Assembly: GCA_030432715.1 (NCBI GenBank)
Contig: JAUIML010000002.1
Coordinates: forward strand, 1 to 59,326
Reading direction: 5' to 3'
Origin: Acidimicrobiia bacterium
GTDB taxonomy: Bacteria > Actinomycetota > Acidimicrobiia > Acidimicrobiales > Aldehydirespiratoraceae
Length of the DNA stretch: 59,326 nucleotides
Below, piece by piece: positions 51,777-59,326 of the stretch; position 1 is the first letter of the stretch; every line of letters starts with the position of its first letter. The notes below the pieces were generated by a model that was not told the DNA's origin, searched no databases, and worked only from the letters and a program-made list of their open reading frames with translations. Position numbers and translations under genes: made by a program.

Positions 51777-52952
51777 ATGCCGTCACTGCTCAACCAACGA
51801 TCCCGTACGGCCACCACTTCGGCGATCCGGGATCTCCTCGAACACGCCCAACGGCCGGGGATGATCAGCCTGGCCGGCGGACTGCCCGACCCCAGCCGCT
51901 TCCCGACCGATGAACTCGCGACGATCGCCCAGGCGGTCCTGCGCTCCGACGGCGCCCGCACCCTTCAGTACGGCCTGACCGCCGGTGAACTCGACCTGCG
52001 GCACCACATCGTCGCAACCACTCCGGCGGCGACGTCGATCGACGAAGTCGTGGTCACGACCGGTTCGCAGCAAGGGTTGTGGCTGCTGGCCGAGAGCCTC
52101 CTCGACCCCGGCGACACCGTGGTGGTCTCCGACCCCGAGTATCTCGGCGCGACCCAGGCCTTCCGACGAGCCGGCGCCGACCTCGTGTCGGTGCCCACCG
52201 ACGCCGAGGGACTCGACGTCGAGATGCTCGAGGCCCGTCTCCGCGCGGGGACACGGCCGAAGTTCGTCTACCTGGTGCCCCACTTCCACAACCCCTCGGG
52301 AACCACGCTGTCAGCCGACCGCCACACCCGCCTGCTGGCGCTCGCCGAGCAGCACGGATTCCTGGTCGTGTTCGACGATCCCTATCGCGACCTCCAGGCC
52401 GAGGGTCCCGCACCGGTCGAACCCTCTCCCCACCCGATGAGCGTGCACCTCCGGAGCAGCTCCAAGATCCTCGCCCCGGGTCTTCGCGTCGGTTGGACCG
52501 TCGCCCCCCGGTGGCTCGCCCAGGCCGTCGAACGAACCAAACAGGCCGCCGACCTCCACACCAGCACCGTCAGCCAGGCCATCGTGCTGGGTGCCCTGAC
52601 CGCCGACTGGTACCCACACCACCTCGACGGTCTGCGCGACGCCACCCGGGTCAAGCGGGATGCACTCTGCGCGGCCCTGCGCGGTCGCCTCGGGGATCGC
52701 GTCGAGTTCGACCGCCCGAGCGGCGGAATGTTCGTGTGGGCCAGAGTGGTCGGTCTCGCCGACACCCCGCTCGCCACCACCGACGAACTCCTCCCCGCCG
52801 CGCTCGACCGGGGGGTGGCGTTCGTGCCCGGTTCGGCATTCGCGGTCGACCGCGACCTGTCCGCCCACCTGCGCCTCAGTTGGGCGACCGCCTCGGCGGA
52901 GGAGCTGGAAGTCGCGGTCGATCGACTCGCCGCCGCCATCGACGCCGCGTAG
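51777..52952 (+). CDS. PLP-dependent aminotransferase, class I/II (2-aminoadipate/MocR-type catalytic domain without an HTH)
   Basis: Tail of track ORF 50973-52952. ISLAGGLPDPSRFP, YLVPHFHNPSGTTLS, SSSKILAPGLRVGW (Lys-containing PLP motif). Confidence 0.75.
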   Translation: MPSLLNQRSRTATTSAIRDLLEHAQRPGMISLAGGLPDPSRFPTDELATIAQAVLRSDGARTLQYGLTAGELDLRHHIVATTPAATSIDEVVVTTGSQQGLWLLAESLLDPGDTVVVSDPEYLGATQAFRRAGADLVSVPTDAEGLDVEMLEARLRAGTRPKFVYLVPHFHNPSGTTLSADRHTRLLALAEQHGFLVVFDDPYRDLQAEGPAPVEPSPHPMSVHLRSSSKILAPGLRVGWTVAPRWLAQAVERTKQAADLHTSTVSQAIVLGALTADWYPHHLDGLRDATRVKRDALCAALRGRLGDRVEFDRPSGGMFVWARVVGLADTPLATTDELLPAALDRGVAFVPGSAFAVDRDLSAHLRLSWATASAEELEVAVDRLAAAIDAA

Positions 52953-52965
52953 GGTCGACGTCGTC

Positions 52966-53352
52966 ATGACGCTGATCGACGAACTCGACCCCGACGTGGC
53001 CGGGGCGTTCCTCCATCTCCTCGACGGCGTGTGGGACGGCCGCGTCGACCCGGGCCTGCTCGAACGCTGCCGGATCCGGGTGTGCGAGCTCCTCGGCGCC
53101 GCCCCCGAGGCGGGTCGCCACCCGTCCGGACCCATCGCCGCGCCCGACAGCCCGGCCGCGGCCGCCTGCCTCGCCTTCGCCGAGATGTGGGTGATCGACC
53201 CGCACGCGATGACCGATGAACTGGCCGCCGAGGTGCGCACCCACCTCGACGACGCCGCCGCAGCCGCGTTCACCATCGGCCTGGCCACCATCGAGGCGCA
53301 GGCCCGCGCCGACCTCGCCTGGCGAGCCGTGGACGAAGCAGCCCCGACATGA
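52966..53352 (+). CDS. AhpD/carboxymuconolactone-decarboxylase (CMD)-like protein without a CxxC motif
   Basis: Tail of track ORF 52660-53352. MTLIDELDPDVAGAFLHLLDGVWDGRVDPGLLERCRIRVCELLGA...FAEMWVIDPHAMTDEL. Family resemblance only. Confidence 0.5.
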   Translation: MTLIDELDPDVAGAFLHLLDGVWDGRVDPGLLERCRIRVCELLGAAPEAGRHPSGPIAAPDSPAAAACLAFAEMWVIDPHAMTDELAAEVRTHLDDAAAAAFTIGLATIEAQARADLAWRAVDEAAPT

Positions 53353-53816
53353 GGTTCCCGCCGCCCGACGGGTCGATGAACTTCTTCGAACACGACGCCG
53401 AGCTCAACGAGCGCTTCGATGCCTTCTACGCTCGCCTCTGGCAGCACGGCGTGGTCGACGAAGCGACCAAGGAGGTCGGACGACTCCGCAACGCCCGGAT
53501 CACCGACTGCGGCATTTGACGCAACCTCCGCTTCGCAGGTGCGCAGCAGCAGGGTCTCACCGAGGAGATGGTCGAACTCATCGACGGCCCGGTCGACGCG
53601 ACCGATCTGTCGGACCGTTGGAAGGACGCGGTGAACTGGGCCGATGCCGTGATCGGCGTCCGTCCACCCCTGCCCGTCGGCGACGCCTTGAGCCGGCCCG
53701 AACGGGCGGAGCTGACGCTCACCGTGGCCGTTGCCCAGGGCTTCTCGAAGGCCGCGATCGCATGGGGGCCCGCCCCGGAACTCCCGACGATGGTCATCCC
53801 GACCCCGGGATCGTGA
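53349..53816 (+). CDS. AhpD/CMD-like protein with in-frame TGA (predicted selenocysteine) forming a C-x-x-U redox motif, codon 57
   Basis: The ATG at 53349 overlaps the upstream TGA (ATGA). My translation: MRFPPPDGSMNFFEHDAELNERFDAFYARLWQHGVVDEATKEVGRLRNARITDCGI-[TGA 53517-53519]-RNLRFAGAQQQGLTEEMVELIDGPVDATDLSDRWKDAVNWADAV... The track shows only 53568-53816. Confidence 0.7.
53530..53547 (+). other. SECIS-like hairpin GCUUCGC-AGGU-GCGCAGC, starting 10 nt after the AhpD-like UGA
   Basis: Pairs are G30-C47, C31-G46, U32-A45, a U33/C44 mismatch, then C34-G43, G35-C42 and C36-G41. The loop is AGGU. GGU lies at +19..+21 after the UGA, the same spacing I recall for fdhF. Confidence 0.5.
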
Positions 53817-53894
53817 CGCGGGGGTAGCGCGGCACCACGGTCCGCGTTCGCCCGGAGAGTTGTCCGGACGCACCCCTGCTGACAGCATGACCCG

Positions 53895-54677
53895 ATGGCC
53901 CGACCTCCGCACCCGCTCCTCGCGCTGATGGAGCTCCGCGCCGCCCCTGAACTCGGCGCCTTCGCAGCCACCGCGCCGATGATGGCGGCCATGCTCCCGC
54001 GGGCGCGCGCCGAACGCCACGTGTTGGTGCTTCCCGGCTTCATGGCCGGTGATGCCAGCACCAAGCCGCTTCGGCTGTTGCTGTCGAACCTCGGCTACGA
54101 CACCCAGGGCTGGGGCCTCGGCACCAACCTCGGTCCCACCGCCGAGATCGTCGACGGACTCATCGATCTCATCGCCCACCTCGATCGCAAGAAGGGTCCG
54201 ATCGATCTCGTCGGATGGTCACTGGGCGGACTGTTCGCCCGCGAGATGGCCCGGATCGCCCCGTCGACCATCCGTCAGGTGATCACCCTGGGCAGCCCGT
54301 TCCAGACCACCGGCCCGGAGCAGTCCAACGCCCGTATCGCCTTCGCCGCCCTGCGGCGCCGGCACAGCGACGACTTCCCCGTGCCCCGCACCCCGAGCTG
54401 GGCACGCGAACCCCTGTCGGTCCCCACCACCTCGATCTACACCCGTACCGACGGCGTGGTCAGCTGGCATCAGTGCCTCAACCGTGACCTGCCCCGGACC
54501 GAGAACATCGAGGTCTACGGAAGCCACTGCGGCCTGGGCCACAACCCGGCCGCGGTGTTCGCGATCGCCGATCGGCTCGCGCAGAGCCACGACCACTGGC
54601 AGCCCTTTCGCGCCCCTCGGCGCTTCCGCGGGTTCTACCCGTCGAGCGACGTGCTCGACACGGCCCGCGTCGCCTGA
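53895..54677 (+). CDS. Alpha/beta-fold hydrolase
   Basis: 260 aa. HVLVLPGFMAGDAST and the nucleophile elbow GWSLGG. Confidence 0.6.
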   Translation: MARPPHPLLALMELRAAPELGAFAATAPMMAAMLPRARAERHVLVLPGFMAGDASTKPLRLLLSNLGYDTQGWGLGTNLGPTAEIVDGLIDLIAHLDRKKGPIDLVGWSLGGLFAREMARIAPSTIRQVITLGSPFQTTGPEQSNARIAFAALRRRHSDDFPVPRTPSWAREPLSVPTTSIYTRTDGVVSWHQCLNRDLPRTENIEVYGSHCGLGHNPAAVFAIADRLAQSHDHWQPFRAPRRFRGFYPSSDVLDTARVA

Positions 54678-55060
54678 CGCTCGGCCGCGGCCAGGTCTGC
54701 GGCCAGCCGGTCGGCCCGACGCCGATGGGCCGATGCGACACCGTCGAGTCGGTTGGCCTCCTGACCGAGCGCGACGGTGGTCGACCGCAGGGCCTCTCCG
54801 GCGGCCCAGAGCGAGAACGCCACGGTGTGGTGCAACTCCTCACGGCTGACCGTCGCCGCCGCGGACGACCATGTCTCGGGGCCGTGGCGGGCGATCGCGG
54901 CATCGTGACGGTGCACAACCATCGAACGCCGTCGATCGATGTCGAGGGCGAGCGCTCGGGCCCGGTCTGCGCCGATCATCGCCCGAGTCGCCGCATCCCG
55001 ACTCGCCTCCACATCGGCCGCCGACACCATGGACGCCGACACCATGGACGCCGCTTCCAT
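54635..55060 (-). CDS. Hypothetical protein (Ala/Arg-rich, probably helical)
   Basis: 141-aa ORF with a very strong SD (AGGAGGAGGA) 4 nt upstream of ATG 55060. Third-position GC is high. No family recognised. The 3' end overlaps the convergent hydrolase by 43 nt. Confidence 0.45.
   Translation of the reverse strand: MEAASMVSASMVSAADVEASRDAATRAMIGADRARALALDIDRRRSMVVHRHDAAIARHGPETWSSAAATVSREELHHTVAFSLWAAGEALRSTTVALGQEANRLDGVASAHRRRADRLAADLAAAERQATRAVSSTSLDG
55021..55050. repeat. 15-nt tandem duplication (CCGACACCATGGACG x2) encoding MVSA-SMVSA near the N-terminus
   Basis: Read directly; the two copies are identical. Confidence 0.9.
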
Positions 55061-55095
55061 ACATCCTCCTCCTGGTCACCAGGGACACACTCGCC

Positions 55096-55141
55096 GATCA
55101 TGGATGATCAGAATGTAATGAAACTACACAGAAACTAGTGT
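55096..55141. promoter_or_regulatory. AT-rich island with palindrome GATCATGGATGATC in a divergent intergenic region
   Basis: gatcatggatgatcagaatgtaatgaaactacacagaaactagtg is conspicuously AT-rich against the ~70% GC background. It lies between the starts at 55060 (-) and 55223 (+). Confidence 0.5.
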
Positions 55142-55222
55142 CGGCATCCAGAGGCGATCAGACCACTCACGATCCCGCCCGTCACATCGTTCGGCAGTGG
55201 CGGCCGGCGCTAGCGTCGCGAC

Positions 55223-56272
55223 ATGGCCGACCTCCCCCGGCCGGCGATCCGCCGTCCGATCAGCATCACGGTGCTCAGCCTCAGCTTCTTCGTGGTGCTC
55301 GCGCTCACCCCTGTGGTGCTGCCGGTTCTGGTGCTCGTCGACCTCGCCACCCGATCGTCGATGCGGCGAAGCCGCATATGGGTGCTCTACCTGGGAGTGC
55401 TCGGCAACGAGGGTCTCGGCACCTGGACCGCCCTCGCGATGACCGCGTTCCACGCGGGTCGACTCGATCGACCACTCGCCCAGGAGCGGTTCCACCGCTT
55501 GATGGTCGGCTGGGGGGCGCGTCACCTCAACAACCTGCGCCGTTTCGCCGGGCTGCGATGGGTGGTCGAGAACCCCGAGGAGGTCGAGCGGGCCAACTCG
55601 ATCGTGCTCGCCCGCCACGCCAGCCATGCCGATGCCGTGCTCCCGATCCTGCTCTTCGGCAATGTCGCCGGCCACAACGTCCGCTACACCCTCAAGGACG
55701 ACCTGCAGTGGTCGCCGGCCATGGACATCGTCGGCAACCGTCTGCCGCACGTGTTCGTCGATCGGACCCCGTCGGCCGCCTCTCCGCTCAACGACCGAAT
55801 CACCGAGCTCGCCACCGGGGTCGACGACCACACCGTGGCCGTGATCTTCCCCGAGGGCACCTTCTACACCCCGGAGCGACTCGACCGAGCCGCGACCCGC
55901 ATCGCCGAGACACGGCCCGAACTCGAGGAAACGGTTCGCTCGCTCCGCCATCTGCTCCCTCCTCGGCCCGCCGGCACGCTCGCCCTCATGGAGGGGGCGC
56001 CCGACGCCGATCTGGTCCTCGTCGCCCACGAGGGCATGGAACCGTTCGGCGACCTCGCCGACATCCACGCCAACCTCCCGCTGACCGAGCCGGTACAGGT
56101 CCGTCTCTGGCGCATTCCCCGGGTCGAGGTACCGACCGACGAGGACGAGTTCGTCACCTGGCTGCTCGACCGCTGGATCGACATGGACCGATGGATCGAC
56201 CAGCGGGTGACGGAACGCCGACGAGACGGGCGGACACCGGCGGCAGCCGGCGCGCGGGAGTTCCGGGCGTGA
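55223..56272 (+). CDS. Membrane-anchored PlsC-type (LPLAT) acyltransferase
   Basis: N-terminal TM ISITVLSLSFFVVLALTPVVLPVLVLV. Motifs RHASHADAV (HX4D) and IFPEGTFYTP. Confidence 0.65.
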   Translation: MADLPRPAIRRPISITVLSLSFFVVLALTPVVLPVLVLVDLATRSSMRRSRIWVLYLGVLGNEGLGTWTALAMTAFHAGRLDRPLAQERFHRLMVGWGARHLNNLRRFAGLRWVVENPEEVERANSIVLARHASHADAVLPILLFGNVAGHNVRYTLKDDLQWSPAMDIVGNRLPHVFVDRTPSAASPLNDRITELATGVDDHTVAVIFPEGTFYTPERLDRAATRIAETRPELEETVRSLRHLLPPRPAGTLALMEGAPDADLVLVAHEGMEPFGDLADIHANLPLTEPVQVRLWRIPRVEVPTDEDEFVTWLLDRWIDMDRWIDQRVTERRRDGRTPAAAGAREFRA

Positions 56273-56964
56273 GCGGCCATCTCGACGTGTTGGTCGGCGC
56301 GGCCGCAGGGATCACGGTCGTCGTGCTCGTGGCCTACGTCGTCGGCCTGAGCCGCCCGTTCGCCGGCCTGACCCACGTCGTCTGGGGCGCCGGGTTCGTG
56401 GTGGTGGTCTGGATCTCGGCCCTGATCGGCGACGGCGACGACGGCCGGCGCGCCCTGTTGACCGCGATGGTCACCATCTGGGGGTCTCGACTCGCCGTGT
56501 ACCACGGGTGGCGCAGCCGGCACGACCCTGCGCCCACCACGCCGACCCGGCCGCTCGCGTCCGCCCTCGTCCTCGAGGGGGCCCTGCTGTTCGTGGTCGC
56601 CCTGCCGGTGCTGCTCGCAATGAGACCGGCGACCCCGACGATCGGCTGGGTGGCCGTGGTCGGGGTGGCGATCTGGGGTGTGGGCCTGTTCGTCGAAACG
56701 GTCGCCGACGTCCAGTTCGACCGCTTCCAGGCCATCCCCGAGAACCGGGGCACTCCCATCGACCGCGGTCTCTGGCGCTTCGGCCGGTGGCCGACCCACG
56801 TCGGGAACGGCTGCATCTGGTGGGGCATCTTCCTCGTCGCCGCGGAGACGTCGGACGCCCGCCTCGGCGTGATCGGTCCCCTGCTGATGACATTGCTCCT
56901 CCAGCGGCGCACCGGCGCCCTGGTTGCCCGACGACCCACCGAGGTGATCTCCCCCGATGTCTGA
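56269..56964 (+). CDS. DUF1295 / steroid-5-alpha-reductase-like integral membrane protein
   Basis: Tail of track ORF 55138-56964. The GTG at 56269 overlaps the upstream TGA. Multi-TM, with VADVQFDRFQ...GLWRFGRWPTHVGNGCIWWG. Confidence 0.5.
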   Translation: MSGHLDVLVGAAAGITVVVLVAYVVGLSRPFAGLTHVVWGAGFVVVVWISALIGDGDDGRRALLTAMVTIWGSRLAVYHGWRSRHDPAPTTPTRPLASALVLEGALLFVVALPVLLAMRPATPTIGWVAVVGVAIWGVGLFVETVADVQFDRFQAIPENRGTPIDRGLWRFGRWPTHVGNGCIWWGIFLVAAETSDARLGVIGPLLMTLLLQRRTGALVARRPTEVISPDV

Positions 56965-57733
56965 ACACCCTCCCGTCGACACCGACCTGATCGAGACCGC
57001 AGTGACGATCGCTCGGGCCGCCGGCGACCTGACGCTCGAATGGTTCCGCAACGATCACCTCACCGTCGACCACAAGCAGGACGGATCACCCGTCACGGCG
57101 GCCGACCTCGCCGCCGAACGGCTCATGCGAGACGAGCTGTCGACGCGCTTCCCCGACGACGCCGTCATCGGCGAGGAACACCAGGACACCGAGGGGACCA
57201 GCGGCCGCACCTGGGTGATCGACCCGATCGACGGCACCAAGGCGTTCACGAAGGGGGTCCCCCTCTACAGCAACCTGCTGGCCCTGGTCGACGAACACGG
57301 ACCCGCCGTGGGTGTCGTCAACCTGCCCGCCCTCGGTGAGACGGTGTGGGCCGGTCGCGGCCGGGGGGCCTTCCTCAACGGCCGACCGTGCCGCGTCAGC
57401 GACCATCCCGCGCTGAGCGGGGCCTACGCCATGACCAGCGGGTTCGGCTACTGGCCCGACGCGCCGCTGGCAGCCGTGCTCGACAGTGAGATGGTCTTTC
57501 GCACGTGGGGCGATGGCTACGGCTACGCCCTCGTCGCGACCGGGCGAGCCGAGGCGATGATCGATCCTCTCGCCAACCCCTGGGATGTCGCCCCCATGGC
57601 GGTGATCATCCCCGAAGCCGGGGGGCGGTACTCGACCTTCGACGGCGACGACTCGACCGGCGCATGGAAGACGGGTTCAGGGGTCGCCACCAACGGCGCG
57701 ATCCACGACGCCCTTCTCGAACTCTGGCGCTGA
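56957..57733 (+). CDS. hisN: Inositol monophosphatase family protein (HisN-like histidinol-phosphatase)
   Basis: VTAADLAAERLMRDEL, GEE, WVIDPIDGTKAF and WDVAPMAVIIPEAGG motifs. Confidence 0.65.
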   Translation: MSEHPPVDTDLIETAVTIARAAGDLTLEWFRNDHLTVDHKQDGSPVTAADLAAERLMRDELSTRFPDDAVIGEEHQDTEGTSGRTWVIDPIDGTKAFTKGVPLYSNLLALVDEHGPAVGVVNLPALGETVWAGRGRGAFLNGRPCRVSDHPALSGAYAMTSGFGYWPDAPLAAVLDSEMVFRTWGDGYGYALVATGRAEAMIDPLANPWDVAPMAVIIPEAGGRYSTFDGDDSTGAWKTGSGVATNGAIHDALLELWR

Positions 57734-58387
57734 TCAGCGATCCAACACCTGGGCGAGGATGGCTTCGAACCCGGCGTCGGGATCCGAGGGAGCGGCACCG
57801 ATGGCTCCGGCACAGCTGACCCCCGCCTCGGGGGCAGTCGGTGACTTGCGGGCCAGATAGGTGTCGATGAACTCCTCGAACAGGGGATCGCCAACCCGGT
57901 CGACCGCGAGCTGGCGAGTCCACGCCGTCAAGACGATGGCGTTCTGCAGGCCCGGATACGGGGCCGCGAGGATGTGTGTCTCGCCCGCCGTGCGGGCCTC
58001 GATCGCGGCGACCTCATCGGCGGTCAGGTCCGGGGAATAGGCGATCCACACCGCGCCGTGTTCGAGCGCATGGACGGCAGTCTGGTCCTGCACCGGAACC
58101 GTGTAGAACCCACAGTTCTGCCAGGCGTCGAAGTGATCGCCACTCGCCGGGGGACGCTGCCCGTAGCTCGGGCAGAACACATGGTCGTTGCCTCGGTCGG
58201 GAAGCTCGAACACCACGCCGACCTCGAGCAACGCGGGCTCGGGCGACGTCTCACCGAGGCAGAGCTCGATCGTGTCGATCGCGACACCGTCCTCGTTCGT
58301 CGAGATCGCCACCGACGTACCGTCGCCGTCGCCACAGGCGACGGCGAGCACCGCCAGGAGGACGAGAACAGCAGCGTGGCGACCCAT
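57734..58387 (-). CDS. DUF3105 domain (lipo)protein
   Basis: MGRHAAVLVLLAVLAVACGDG is lipobox-like. Also PPASGDHF and AVHALEHGAVWIAY. An alternative start lies at 58420. Confidence 0.6.
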   Translation of the reverse strand: MGRHAAVLVLLAVLAVACGDGDGTSVAISTNEDGVAIDTIELCLGETSPEPALLEVGVVFELPDRGNDHVFCPSYGQRPPASGDHFDAWQNCGFYTVPVQDQTAVHALEHGAVWIAYSPDLTADEVAAIEARTAGETHILAAPYPGLQNAIVLTAWTRQLAVDRVGDPLFEEFIDTYLARKSPTAPEAGVSCAGAIGAAPSDPDAGFEAILAQVLDR

Positions 58388-58467
58388 GGGTCGCCACGCT
58401 ACCGGTGTGCTCTTCGTCATTGGCGACGGGCCGCGAGGGCCACGCCGCAGTTCTCTCCGACCCTCGA

Positions 58468-59326
58468 TCAGCGCAAGCCGACGATGGCCGGGGCGTCGGA
58501 CTCGATCAGGTTGATCTGTTCCATGCGGTCGGCGAACGCCGAAGCCTCGGAGATGCCCTTGGCGTAGTTGGCCTTGCGGCGGGCGACGCGACCGGTGACC
58601 TCGCACGGGTCGGGCGTGTCGGAGACGTACTGGGCCTCGATGCCTTCCTGGAGCATCAGCAACGATTCCGACCGGAGTTGGCTGATGCGAGACTCGGTGA
58701 CGCCGAGGAAGTCGGCCAGGTCCTGGCTCGTGCGGCCCTCGAGGAAGTAGCCGACGACCACGAGACGGTGGCGTTCGGGCAGCAGGGAGATCGCATCACG
58801 CAGATAGCCGTGCAGTTCGCGGGTCTCGAGCTCGGCCGACGGCTCGATCGAGCTCTCGTCGACGAGCACGTCGACCAGGGTGAGGTCCTTCTCGACATCG
58901 TCGGCCGTCTCGTGTTCGAGGGCGAGGACGACGGAGCGGAACATGCGGTCCTGGAGACGGTTGAGCTCGCTCTGGCTCATGCCGAGCGCCTCGGACATCT
59001 CTTCTTTGGTGGGAACCCGGCCGAGTTCGGTGGCGAGACGCTGCTCGGCACCCTCGAGCTTGCGAGCGAGGTTGCGGACCGAGCGGGGGGCCCAGTCGGC
59101 CGCCCGGACGGCGTCGAGGATGGCGCCACGGATGCGCTGGGCGGCGAAGCGGTCGAAGGGCACGCCCCGGGACTCGTCGTAGCGGCGGGCCGCCTCGACG
59201 AGGCCGAGGGCGCCGGCGGTGGCCAGCTCCTCGCGGTCGACGTGGCGGGGGAAGTTCACCGCCACCTGGAAGACCACGTGCCGCACCAGCGGCAGGTGGT
59301 CTTCGATCAGCTTCTGCGTCTCTCGG
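58468..59326 (-). CDS. WhiG/FliA-type (group 3) sigma-70 family sigma factor; N-terminus outside the window
   Basis: The frame stays open to the window edge (RETQKLIEDHLPLVRHVVFQVAVNFPRHVDREELATAGALGLVEAARRYD...). Region 4 reads LPERHRLVVVGYFLEGRTSQDLADFLGVTESRISQLRSESL. Confidence 0.8.
   Translation of the reverse strand, partial: RETQKLIEDHLPLVRHVVFQVAVNFPRHVDREELATAGALGLVEAARRYDESRGVPFDRFAAQRIRGAILDAVRAADWAPRSVRNLARKLEGAEQRLATELGRVPTKEEMSEALGMSQSELNRLQDRMFRSVVLALEHETADDVEKDLTLVDVLVDESSIEPSAELETRELHGYLRDAISLLPERHRLVVVGYFLEGRTSQDLADFLGVTESRISQLRSESLLMLQEGIEAQYVSDTPDPCEVTGRVARRKANYAKGISEASAFADRMEQINLIESDAPAIVGLR

Noticed and set aside
18601-55050. Short tandem repeats (18601-18654, 37309-37359, 48289-48342, 55021-55050) as a possible CRISPR or minisatellite array
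   Set aside because: They have only 2-5 contiguous units with no unique spacers, and most lie within or at the edges of coding sequence. They are slippage-type duplications, not CRISPR.
1-59326. Global reassignment of TGA (a code 4/25-like genome) as the explanation for the in-frame TGAs
   Set aside because: TGA terminates many well-delimited genes here, for example at 2080-2082, 22862-22864, 31330-31332, 38848-38850 and 48288-48290. Many of those are followed immediately by the next gene's start.

Overview
This is a very GC-rich (about 70% by eye) 59.3-kb chromosomal segment. The gene repertoire looks like Actinomycetota: F420/luciferase-like oxidoreductases, WS/DGAT, TetR/MarR/MmyB regulators, an LAxTG sorting signal and a WhiG/FliA-type sigma. 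Finer taxonomy cannot be set without a database search. I resolve 51 protein-coding genes, tightly packed, many with 1-4 nt start/stop overlaps. I see no rRNA, tRNA, CRISPR array, transposase or integrase. Most of the very long ORFs in the supplied track (388-2055-, 4025-6643+, 7438-11337+, 11434-14277+, 24317-26692+ and others) are antisense or out-of-frame shadows of real genes. Many track ORFs also overshoot the real start. Content from left to right: LLM oxidoreductase, CoA-transferase and VOC protein. Then a spermidine-synthase-like membrane protein. Then a minus-strand block with a 2535-aa LAITG-anchored DUF11/Cna-B adhesin, an ECF sigma and an ATGA-coupled membrane protein built from two tandem ~290-aa modules. 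Then LLM, amidohydrolase and TetR. Then an esterase lipoprotein and an acetoacetate-decarboxylase-like protein. Then a GH43-like protein with three SLH domains (a second paralog lies at 44.4 kb). Then an FtsX permease plus an ABC ATPase fused to a cNMP-binding domain. Then a heterodimeric ABC exporter plus a SnoaL-like protein. Then a glutathione peroxidase. Then an XDH/CoxMSL-type molybdenum hydroxylase operon ending in a MoaD-like GG protein. Then a neutral-lipid cluster (WS/DGAT, HAD-PlsC fusion, TetR, lipase, acyl-CoA ligase, PlsC, thioesterase). Then TauD-like dioxygenase, D-aminoacylase and P450. Then MarR, a non-MCM-type acyl-CoA mutase (large subunit, B12 subunit, MeaB) and a second P450. 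Then an MmyB-like regulator, an aminotransferase and an AhpD/CMD-like gene pair. Then hydrolase and acyltransferase genes, HisN-like, DUF3105 and a partial WhiG/FliA-type sigma. The main hunt result is two redox genes that the ORF track splits at an in-frame TGA lying exactly at the redox-active Cys position. They are the GPx at 28179-28655 and the second AhpD-like gene at 53349-53816. Each TGA is followed 10-14 nt later by a hairpin with a GCAGGU apex resembling the E. coli fdhF SECIS, so both are predicted selenoproteins. Other observations: a ~36-nt intergenic repeat family built on CCGGTGTGACGGG, the sigma-coupled duplicated-module protein next to the giant adhesin, the SLH-tagged GH43 paralogs, and several short tandem duplications that sit on gene boundaries. 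All family calls rest on motif recognition by eye; no searches were run.
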